NCBI GenBank assembly: GCA_040222185.1
Contig: JAVKDP010000003.1
Location: forward strand, 34,428-66,427
DNA: 32,000 nt
Direction: 5' to 3'
Origin: Balneolaceae bacterium
GTDB lineage: Bacteria > Bacteroidota > Rhodothermia > Balneolales > Balneolaceae
Within the stretch, counting starts at the first letter, position 1; every line of letters starts with the position of its first letter. Below are positions 8,911 to 16,630 of the stretch, one piece after another. The notes under the pieces are model-generated. The model was given only the letters and a program-made list of their open reading frames with translations, was not told the origin of the DNA and did not search any database. A program made the translations under genes and the position numbers.

Positions 8911-9511
8911 TTAAACTTTCCAGCTCTGGTATGCTTGGAACCGGAATGTTTGGATCCAATTGTACTGCCCTGTTCCAGTTAGCCCTTGCGGCAGTTATAT
9001 TTTCCATCATAAAGAATATGGTTCCTTTCAATGCATAAGCATCAGCTGTTTCCTGGATTTCCAGGGTACTATCTACCTGCTCAAGTGCTTCCCTGTATTC
9101 ACCCAGGTAAAATAAATCCTGAGCCTTTCTATAGTTAGTTAATAAGCTTTGAATATCTTTAGCCCTGTTTTTGATCATTGAAGAATCAGCTACTACAATT
9201 GAATCCTTTTCGCTTGGTGCCATTCCTCTTAAATCCAGGTAGAATTGATCTTTATTAGGATCAAGATTAATCTGGATATTCGAACTTTGATTCTTATAGG
9301 TAACTGTAATTTTTTCGGCTTCACCACTTGTAGTACCTGCTTCCTCGGTAGAACCAGCTTCCGATGCTTGTTCAGATGTATTTTCACCAGTATTTGCTAC
9401 AGTATTCGCCTCCTGTAACCCAGCAGTGGATTTACAGCCAGTGATAAATAAAGCCCCAAATAAAAAAACTATTCCTGCTTTTCTAAAAACGTATAACACC
9501 TTGTACACCAT
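8882..9511 (-). CDS. TPR-containing lipoprotein
   Basis: 209 aa with a lipobox (FGALFITGC-KS). A low-complexity T/E/S-rich linker is followed by a C-terminal TPR-like segment (YREALEQVDSTLEIQETADAYALKGTIFFMMENITAARANWNRAVQLDPN). Confidence 0.65.
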   Translation of the reverse strand: MVYKVLYVFRKAGIVFLFGALFITGCKSTAGLQEANTVANTGENTSEQASEAGSTEEAGTTSGEAEKITVTYKNQSSNIQINLDPNKDQFYLDLRGMAPSEKDSIVVADSSMIKNRAKDIQSLLTNYRKAQDLFYLGEYREALEQVDSTLEIQETADAYALKGTIFFMMENITAARANWNRAVQLDPNIPVPSIPELESLIDEIRGGNN

Positions 9512-10568
9512 AACTTGTCCTATTAAATGTTACTTTGTTATTGTTTTCCAGTGTAATCGTCTCTCCTGATAGTGCTATGCTACCATAGACCGCAAGACCA
9601 ATATTCTCACTAAGGTTAAACATCAGCCCGGGGTTAAAAGTGAATATCTGTCCTTTGGGTTTACCAATAGGAATTTGTGCACTCGCTTTGAGAAGCAGCA
9701 TTACCCTTGCCTCATTCAGGTCTTCATTCATTTGGGTAACAGCCTGGTAATAAGAAACTCCAAACTCGAGAAAGTTAATTTCGAAGTCCTGGGCTTCACT
9801 GCTTTTTAAAATGTGGAAACCACCTGAGAGGCCGACATATGAGCTATTTTCAGCATTCAGAGGTTGTCTAAATGTGTAAGAAACCTGGAAATCGATAATC
9901 GTTTTATCTAGAGTACTATCGGTTTCTGCACCTGTTGTATCAACAAGGGTGATACTTTCAGAAGCCCGGCTTTCGGCTCCAAAATTAATCATATGACTTT
10001 TACTTTGAACTATTTCTTCTACTACTTCAAATGGATTAGATACAAAGCTTCGGGTCCAGATTACTTCACGGGATATTGGATTCATCATTCGAACCGAAAT
10101 CACAAGTCCTTCAGGATATCTTCTTTGAACGGTAAGTTCAATAAGTCCCTGAACTCCGTATTTATCTGTAATCGTTGTCAAAAATTCAGGAGAGACATCT
10201 GCAAGAGACCTACCACGGATGTTCAGAATCTGAAGAGTACTGTCGTTCCCCATAATCTTCATTTTATCATTGGGCTCCAGCTCAGGGGGAGATAGAACCG
10301 TGAGGCCGGCATACAAACGCATAGCCGACTCAACCTCAGCCCTGATAAATTCAACTTGCTGTGGAGTAAATCTTAAAGCACTGTAATTAATTTTATATAC
10401 AGCAACCCGCCTGATATTTACAGGAATATCGCTGAGCTCGTCACTCATTTGATTCGTGATCTGCTCCATTAGGTATGGATCACCAGATTTATGATCCTGG
10501 GCAAAAGAAGAAGACGAAATACTTAAACAAACAATGCCAAGTACTACTGATTGAAATATTCTTTTCAT
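9483..10568 (-). CDS. Putative outer-membrane protein (periplasmic N-terminal domain plus C-terminal beta-barrel)
   Basis: 361 aa with a signal peptide (MKRIFQSVVLGIVCLSISSSSFAQ). The C-terminal half has alternating-residue beta-strand patterning and ends in ...YGVQGVIRF, an aromatic C-terminal residue typical of the OMP beta-signal. No named family recognised. Confidence 0.5.
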   Translation of the reverse strand: MKRIFQSVVLGIVCLSISSSSFAQDHKSGDPYLMEQITNQMSDELSDIPVNIRRVAVYKINYSALRFTPQQVEFIRAEVESAMRLYAGLTVLSPPELEPNDKMKIMGNDSTLQILNIRGRSLADVSPEFLTTITDKYGVQGLIELTVQRRYPEGLVISVRMMNPISREVIWTRSFVSNPFEVVEEIVQSKSHMINFGAESRASESITLVDTTGAETDSTLDKTIIDFQVSYTFRQPLNAENSSYVGLSGGFHILKSSEAQDFEINFLEFGVSYYQAVTQMNEDLNEARVMLLLKASAQIPIGKPKGQIFTFNPGLMFNLSENIGLAVYGSIALSGETITLENNNKVTFNRTSYGVQGVIRF

Positions 10569-10569
10569 C

Positions 10570-12405
10570 TTAACCCTCGGACTTCATTTTTCTTCTTACA
10601 GCATACAGAACTGCCTTTTGAGCATCCTCTATATCTTTCTTTGAAGCCTCGGTTGGGTTATCAAGCTCTGAAAGAATTAACTGCTGTTCACGTTTTGGAC
10701 GTACTTTAAGTATTTTTTCACGCACTGCAGCCGGTGCTGTTCTTAAGGCAAGGATTACTGTTTCAGTGAGAATCTCTTCCGTAGCACTTTGAACAAAATC
10801 ATCTTTAACTTTTGGAAGATCATCAAACCCAATAAAGAACTTGCGGATTTTTTTGGCTAGCTCAAGATCCTGCTCAGCAATAGATCTCACATAGTTATCC
10901 TGGTCAGCGAGTGGCATTGTCTCAATTGTTGACAAGATAGAATCTATACCATCAGCGGCTACATACTTCATATCTGAAACTGATAACGCCTTGTTTGAAA
11001 AGTGAGACGCTACTTTCTTATAAACAGAAATCGGGATGTTATTAATCTTACCCATTTTTAGAAGAATCGATATCCTTCTTTGGTCATCCATTTTTTGAAG
11101 AATAATCCCAGCTCTCTCTCCAGCAATCTGAGCTAAAAGAATAGCTACCATTTCATTGGATTCTTCTTTCATTAAATGAAGTAATTGCTGATCGGTTAGC
11201 TGATATACGAAGTCGAATAGATTAGAACCTGAGTCGGGAGAGTCGGTTGAAGATTTTATCTGCTGTATACTTCTTCTAAATGCCCGCGCTTCCTCAATTT
11301 TTTCATCAAGAGGGATAGGATCTGTATTGGCTAAACCAAATTTCAGATTTTCAAATGTATTAGCTTCTAAATGACCTTCAAGTACAGTTAGTAATTTCTC
11401 GTCTACACTGGCGAATCCTCTCACAGCCCGGATAACACCCTGCTCTTCATCTGATGCAATCCATTGTTTAACCATGTCGGCAACAACTTTAGGTGTACTG
11501 ATACAAGTATTGGTGAGATAAGTCTTGTCTTCGTCATACTGAGCCATTGTTTTTGCATCTGGCCCGGAAGGCTCATTATTGGTTGAAGCTAAAGCTCCCT
11601 GGTTAGCCATTAGTGCTTCCATACCTGGAGTAAACGGAGGAATACTTTCTTCACTTTTTGAAGGCTTCTTAAGTAATGCATAAAGCAGAGCTATTAAGAA
11701 AAGAACTGCTAAACCTACAATTACATACATCAGCTGTTTAGGGTCATTCCAATCAATCCCCAGAAAAGTATTTTTTTCTGCTTCTGCAGGTGTATTAGGT
11801 TGGGTTCCGATCCGCTCAACTGCATCATCATTACCTGATGGATCATTTTTGGCTGCATTTTGATCAATGGCTCTGGCATTTCGGGGGAAAACTTTTTTCT
11901 CAACCGTTACAACATCTCCCCTGAACCTATCAGCATTAGCTATCAGAGTAGCTGCTTCTTCAACAAATTCTAAATCTTCATCACTGTATGAAGTATCTAC
12001 CAGTACTTTGATATTAAGCCTGGTTAATCGGAAACGAGTATCAAAACCAGAAGCTCTTAAGCTGTCTCTTCCTGTTTCTGATGCACCTCTTAAATTTGGT
12101 GGAACAAATGGAAGCCCGGGTAAATTCTCGATTCTAACAGGATCTTCGGCTTCAATTACTTCATAATCTTTAGCAACCAGCACCCTTTCAAGAGTTGCTT
12201 TTACATCAACAATAAAGGTTCCGGCCTTATAATAATCCGATAATGAATTATCTAGCACAACTTCATAGTATTGCTCATACTTAGCAGCTTCTTCCTGGAC
12301 ATCAGCCGAAACAGACTGACCCGGTAGCGTCTGTGCCTGTACAAAGGATACTGCAAAAATCACGATTAGCCATGTTAGTGGCCCCCAATTTTTTTTCCCA
12401 ACCAT
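10570..12405 (-). CDS. Membrane-anchored FliG-like protein with a FliF/YscJ-like periplasmic segment (natural FliF-fragment/FliG-type fusion)
   Basis: 611 aa. N-terminal signal/anchor (LTWLIVIFAVSFVQA), a periplasmic region of about 200 aa ending LTRLNIKVLVDTSYSDEDLEFVEEAATLIANADRFRGDVVTVEKKVF (compare the FliF tail of the form RLSVAVvVd...GfdxxRGDxvxV), and a TM helix at residues 225-245. The cytoplasmic residues from about 397 to 611 align by eye to the FliG middle and C domains: ESNEMVAILLAQIAGERAGIILQKM, DLELAKKIRKFFIGFDDL, ILALRTAPAAVREKILKVRPKREQQLILSELD...DIEDAQKAVLYAVRRK. Confidence 0.7.
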   Translation of the reverse strand: MVGKKNWGPLTWLIVIFAVSFVQAQTLPGQSVSADVQEEAAKYEQYYEVVLDNSLSDYYKAGTFIVDVKATLERVLVAKDYEVIEAEDPVRIENLPGLPFVPPNLRGASETGRDSLRASGFDTRFRLTRLNIKVLVDTSYSDEDLEFVEEAATLIANADRFRGDVVTVEKKVFPRNARAIDQNAAKNDPSGNDDAVERIGTQPNTPAEAEKNTFLGIDWNDPKQLMYVIVGLAVLFLIALLYALLKKPSKSEESIPPFTPGMEALMANQGALASTNNEPSGPDAKTMAQYDEDKTYLTNTCISTPKVVADMVKQWIASDEEQGVIRAVRGFASVDEKLLTVLEGHLEANTFENLKFGLANTDPIPLDEKIEEARAFRRSIQQIKSSTDSPDSGSNLFDFVYQLTDQQLLHLMKEESNEMVAILLAQIAGERAGIILQKMDDQRRISILLKMGKINNIPISVYKKVASHFSNKALSVSDMKYVAADGIDSILSTIETMPLADQDNYVRSIAEQDLELAKKIRKFFIGFDDLPKVKDDFVQSATEEILTETVILALRTAPAAVREKILKVRPKREQQLILSELDNPTEASKKDIEDAQKAVLYAVRRKMKSEG

Positions 12406-12716
12406 TTTAAAACCCCAAGTGAGTTTCTAAGTAATTATAGATGATTTTATTCTGCGAACCCCAAGTATGCTGATTTTTTTTAAGTTTTCCACATTTTAAT
12501 TCAAAAAATGTAAAATTTCAGATGTATGTTTTTTAATGAAAAGCATCGTTTTTGAGTGCTTATTCAACGAAAAAAAGGGTTTTATGTACTTTTGCTAAGA
12601 ATTATCCACATTAGAAATTTTTCGAAAACTGCAGCATAGATTAAACAATATTGCTCAAATCTATTAAATAAGCGTCTGGTTTCGTTTTTTGGAGTAGAAT
12701 AGCGTATTTACACTTT

Positions 12717-12980
12717 ATGATTGAATACCAACAAATACTTACGCTCATTATCATTTCGAGCTTGTATCTCTTTCTTTTATGGCTCTTAAGACATTTTAAG
12801 TTACAAGTGTCTAAGTACTGGATCATTTGTATAACTCTGATTGTATTCGGTGAACTGTTTTCAGTGCTGGAACGCATATCAATCCCTTTGCTCTTTAACA
12901 TACTCGAGCATTTATCATTTACTTTGGCATGCTTGTCTTTTTTTGTAGCTGTAGCAACAATCGAGGAGAGTCATGAATAG
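12717..12980 (+). CDS. Small 3-TM membrane protein, possibly the detached N-terminal part of the downstream sensor kinase
   Basis: 87 aa with three hydrophobic helices. It overlaps the kinase start by 8 nt (ATGAATAG) in a different frame. It shares an xLExxS motif (SVLERIS, NILEHLS) with the kinase membrane region (NFLEHTS). Confidence 0.4.
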   Translation: MIEYQQILTLIIISSLYLFLLWLLRHFKLQVSKYWIICITLIVFGELFSVLERISIPLLFNILEHLSFTLACLSFFVAVATIEESHE

Positions 12981-14295
12981 TGTAATCCCCATTCTAAATA
13001 TAATCTCCGCTCTTTTTGCAATATCCGGGATGGTTTTGGTTTTAGCTAAACGTGTTAACCCCTCAAACCTGGATACCCGTTTTATAATTGCCGGAGGATG
13101 TGTTCTTCTCCTTATCGGAACTTTAAATTTTTTAGAACATACCAGCCTGGCAGTAAGCCCGGATATAGGCGAAAATTTTCTGATACTTCTATTCTTTCCC
13201 ATTGGGATTTTTGCCGTTTACTCCTCAGCTGTAAGGCAAGAGTTTAACCGGCGGCGATTGGAAGAAACGAAGGCTGCAGAAGTATTAAAAGAATCTGAAG
13301 AGAAGTATAAGCTACTATTTACCAAAAGCCCGTTACCAAAATCTATTTTTGACCCAAAGACCTTGAAGTTTATCGAGGCTAATGACGCCGCCCTCGAACT
13401 TTACGGATACACAAGAGACGATATTGATAAAGTAACCCTCCTGGATATACACCCTCCGGAAGAGATTGATCGTTTGGTTGAAAATAATGCCAAATATCTC
13501 GGGAAAGCTGCTCCAACAAGTGAGTGGAGAAATCTCAAGAAAAATGGTGACGTTATTATAGTGGAAGTTTCAACCTCTATCATCCATTACCTGGATGAGG
13601 AGTATCGTTTAGCTGTAATCAAAGATATTACTGCCCAACGCAAAGCAGAAGAGAAAGTATTCTCTGCATTCGTAGAAGGTGAAAATAAGGAAAGAGATCG
13701 GCTAGCAAGGGAATTGCATGACGGCATAGGGCAATACCTGGCAGCTACGAGTATGAATCTTGATGCAATGAAAAAGGAAATTCAAAAACTGGGTAAAAGA
13801 GAGCAGTCACTTTTTGAAAACGGCCTCTCTTATTTGAAACAGGCTATGACCGAAACACGAAACCTGTCTCATAATCTGATGCCAAGTATAATAGAAGACT
13901 ATGGACTTGATGTGGCATTGAAAAACCTGACTGATGATTTTGGTAAAAGCTCAGGCATTGATTGCCAGTTTTATTGTAATCTGAAGCATACCAAGCTTAA
14001 AAAAAAGCAAGAATTTAATATTTATCGCATTGTGCAAGAATGCCTCAATAATATTTCTAAACATTCTAAGGCTACCAAAGTTAATGTGCAGCTTATTAAG
14101 GATGAGTTTGACTTGATACTTACAATTGAGGATAATGGCGTTGGTATTGATACTTCGCATCCATCTTACGTTTCTGGTTTAGGACTTAATACTATCAAGA
14201 CCAGAACTTTTATCATGGGTGGAGTGTTTGATATTGAAACCAGTAAGAACAAAGGAACCCTGATTTCAATAAGCGTTCCAATTACTACTAGCTGA
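12973..14295 (+). CDS. Sensor histidine kinase, NarX/DegS type (HisKA_3) with membrane region and PAS domain
   Basis: 440 aa. Three N-terminal TM helices, a PAS segment (FTKSPLPKSIFD...AVIKDITAQRKAEE), an H-box (RLARELHDGIGQYL, HisKA_3 style), and an ATPase N-box and G-box (QECLNNISKHSKA...DNGVGI...GLGLNTI). Confidence 0.9.
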   Translation: MNSVIPILNIISALFAISGMVLVLAKRVNPSNLDTRFIIAGGCVLLLIGTLNFLEHTSLAVSPDIGENFLILLFFPIGIFAVYSSAVRQEFNRRRLEETKAAEVLKESEEKYKLLFTKSPLPKSIFDPKTLKFIEANDAALELYGYTRDDIDKVTLLDIHPPEEIDRLVENNAKYLGKAAPTSEWRNLKKNGDVIIVEVSTSIIHYLDEEYRLAVIKDITAQRKAEEKVFSAFVEGENKERDRLARELHDGIGQYLAATSMNLDAMKKEIQKLGKREQSLFENGLSYLKQAMTETRNLSHNLMPSIIEDYGLDVALKNLTDDFGKSSGIDCQFYCNLKHTKLKKKQEFNIYRIVQECLNNISKHSKATKVNVQLIKDEFDLILTIEDNGVGIDTSHPSYVSGLGLNTIKTRTFIMGGVFDIETSKNKGTLISISVPITTS

Positions 14296-14304
14296 CGGGG
14301 ATCT

Positions 14305-14958
14305 ATGGATTCTATACACCTATTGATTGTTGACGATCATAAAATTGTGCGGGATGGAATAAAATCCTTACTGGATAGTGATGCAGATATTGTAATAGCA
14401 GGGGAAGCTTCAAATGGAAATGAAGCCATTGAACAAATCCATCGCTCTTCTCACAAGCCTGACCTGGTTATCATGGATATTAACATGCCGGAGCTAGACG
14501 GAATTGAAGCTACCAGGTTGATCAAAAAGAAATACCCTGCGATAAGAATACTGGCTTTAACAATGATTAATGAACAGCATCATATTCGGAAAATGATTGA
14601 AGTTGGTGCTTCCGGATATATTTTGAAAAGTGCCAGCAAAGAGGAACTGGTAAGTGCCATTCAAAAAATACATGCTGGTAGTCATTATTTTAGCCCTGAG
14701 GCTGCCCAATCAATTTTACAAGAATTCGTGAGCCCGGAACTTTCGAAAAAAGCCGGCGATATTAATGTTCAAATCACTGACCGCGAAAAAGATGTTCTTC
14801 GGTTAATCGTTGATGAATACACTAACCAGGAAATTGCAAATGAGCTTTTTATAAGTGTGCGTACGGTTGATGCTCATCGTAGAAACTTGCTACAAAAAAT
14901 CGGAGCTAAAAATACTGCCGGTCTCGTAAAGTTTGCTATCGAAAACGATGTTTTTTAA
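14305..14958 (+). CDS. Response regulator, NarL/FixJ family (REC plus LuxR-type HTH)
   Basis: 217 aa. REC motifs LLIVDDH and DLVIMDINMPELDG. The C-terminal sequence LTDREKDVLRLIVDEYTNQEIANELFISVRTVDAHRRNLLQKIG is a GerE/LuxR HTH. Confidence 0.95.
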   Translation: MDSIHLLIVDDHKIVRDGIKSLLDSDADIVIAGEASNGNEAIEQIHRSSHKPDLVIMDINMPELDGIEATRLIKKKYPAIRILALTMINEQHHIRKMIEVGASGYILKSASKEELVSAIQKIHAGSHYFSPEAAQSILQEFVSPELSKKAGDINVQITDREKDVLRLIVDEYTNQEIANELFISVRTVDAHRRNLLQKIGAKNTAGLVKFAIENDVF

Positions 14959-15018
14959 CTCATTAGCAAACTCTTATCTTTTAGCCTCCTCAAAATCATT
15001 AGCATAATTTTAGATAAA

Positions 15019-15034
15019 TAGGTGATTTCACCTA
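15019..15034. promoter_or_regulatory. Candidate operator: perfect 7-2-7 inverted repeat TAGGTGA-tt-TCACCTA
   Basis: Seen directly in the 161-bp spacer between the NarL-type regulator and the PAS kinase. ATTTAGG half-site-like copies lie at 15042..15048 and 15073..15079. Confidence 0.3.
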
Positions 15035-15119
15035 ATTTGAAATTTAGGCTTTTCACGTCTTATATCGGCTTTATTTAGGTCGTAATTTTGGTTTGTAATA
15101 ACAGAGTAATGTTACAACC

Positions 15120-16571
15120 ATGCCAAAAAATCAAAATTTTTATTCCTCTATTAAGTTAGATTCTTTAACCGAACAGATCTTGTCGGCATTGCCTAACCAG
15201 GTGGCTATAGTTAATGAGTATGGAGAAGTAGTAGCCTTTAATCGCAAATGGAATTCTTTATCAACTAAGGTAACAGAAGGATGGGCTTTTCCTGAACTTG
15301 GAAAAAATATACTCGAAGAGCTTCAAATTCCCTTAAGCCGAAATAATGAGTACGCACTCCGGTTAATTGTGGCCTATAAAACTGTATTAAGTGGGGAGAA
15401 GAAGAAGCTAAAGGTTCACTTCCCGGTAAACATAAGTTCGGATGAAGAACAGTGGTTTTCTCTCAGTATTTCGATGCTCGAAGATAAAAAACACTTTTTA
15501 CTAGTAAACCAAAAAGTAGCTGGTAGTAAGCGATTCACTTCAAAACAGCCTACCGATCGAAATAGCGAACACTTCTTCCGAAAACTATTCGACTCAAGCC
15601 CTAATGCTATCGCCATATTAGATAAAAAGGGACAGGTAATCGATATTAATAAAAGCTTCCACAAAATCTTTGGCTATAGTATCGACGAATTGAGCAAAAA
15701 CAGGCTCCCCGATTTTATAGTTAGTTCTGAACAGAAGAAAAACTCGGATGAATTACTTAAACAGGTTTTTCAAGGTGCTGACTTTAGAATCGAAACGGAG
15801 AGGGTTAGTAAGAATGGGAAGAGTATTCCTGTAATACTAAGTTTATATCCTATAAGAGAAGGTGATGAGATTACTTCGGTGTTCTGTATTTATGTGGATA
15901 TGACGGAGCAAACAAAGTCAAAGAAAATCATTGAGCACCAGTTACGGGAAAAAGAAATTCTTATCCAGGAAATTCATCACAGGGTAAAAAATAACCTGGC
16001 TATTATTTCCGGTTTAATCGAACTGGAAAATATTCATACTCAAAATGAACGTCTTAAAACCCAGTTAACTGTAACACAATCCAGGATTCATTCCATAGCC
16101 AAAATCCATGAACTACTGTATAGTAATCAAAGCTTTTCGAATATAGATTTCCAGGAGTATGTGAAGGACTTAACTGTTTCTTTTTCACGTTCTTCGATGT
16201 TTAATTTTACGGTAACTGCAAACAACCCTGTTTTTCTGAATGTGAACCAGGCCGTACCCTGTGGAATGTTGCTCCATGAAATCACAACTCAGATTGTTTC
16301 AAAAGCGAAATCAAAAGGGATTAATCCCCGAAACGTCCAGTTCGATTTAAGAGACAGAGAAGGAGAACTCTCAATTGATATTTGTGAAGAGGGAACACAA
16401 CGAGTTTTTGATGTTAATGAGGTTCAAAAAGAAACTCTTGAATCCGAATTAATAACAGTACTCCTTAAGCAGCTGGGAGGCAGTATCAACATCGCCAAAG
16501 ACTCAAGGCGTTGTACAACAGTATCATTTAAAAAGAGAGAAAAGAAAGGTGCTCACAGTTCACTTTTGTAG
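15120..16571 (+). CDS. Cytoplasmic PAS-domain histidine kinase, HisKA_2 type
   Basis: 483 aa with no TM helix. PAS region: FRKLFDSSPNAIAILDKKGQVIDINKSFHKIFGYSIDEL...YVDMTEQ. The H-box EIHHRVKNNLAIISGLIELE is the HisKA_2/HWE-like signature. Confidence 0.85.
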   Translation: MPKNQNFYSSIKLDSLTEQILSALPNQVAIVNEYGEVVAFNRKWNSLSTKVTEGWAFPELGKNILEELQIPLSRNNEYALRLIVAYKTVLSGEKKKLKVHFPVNISSDEEQWFSLSISMLEDKKHFLLVNQKVAGSKRFTSKQPTDRNSEHFFRKLFDSSPNAIAILDKKGQVIDINKSFHKIFGYSIDELSKNRLPDFIVSSEQKKNSDELLKQVFQGADFRIETERVSKNGKSIPVILSLYPIREGDEITSVFCIYVDMTEQTKSKKIIEHQLREKEILIQEIHHRVKNNLAIISGLIELENIHTQNERLKTQLTVTQSRIHSIAKIHELLYSNQSFSNIDFQEYVKDLTVSFSRSSMFNFTVTANNPVFLNVNQAVPCGMLLHEITTQIVSKAKSKGINPRNVQFDLRDREGELSIDICEEGTQRVFDVNEVQKETLESELITVLLKQLGGSINIAKDSRRCTTVSFKKREKKGAHSSLL

Positions 16572-16593
16572 CACTCCTGTTTCGTTAGAATTT

Positions 16594-16630
16594 AAAACCC
16601 GCTCTATGATAAGAGTGGGTTTTATTTTTT
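16594..16630. terminator. Intrinsic terminator between convergent genes
   Basis: aaaacccgctct (16594..16605) pairs with agagtgggtttt (16612..16623) with one G-U pair. The loop is atgata and the stem is followed by atttttt. Confidence 0.55.

Noticed and set aside
7381-12405. Interpretation as a fragment of an ordinary flagellar locus
   Set aside because: No fliM/N, export apparatus, rod, hook or flagellin genes flank it. The FliG-like protein is membrane-anchored and fused to a periplasmic segment, and OM and lipoprotein genes sit between the rotor-like and stator-like genes. A separate canonical flagellar regulon elsewhere in the genome cannot be excluded from this window.
12587-12594. TACTTTTG as a Bacteroidetes-type -7 promoter box (TAnnTTTG) for the sensor-kinase operon
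   Set aside because: It matches the -7 consensus, but I found no suitably spaced -33 TTTG-like element; the nearest TTG is about 32 nt upstream. The call is too weak to list as a feature.
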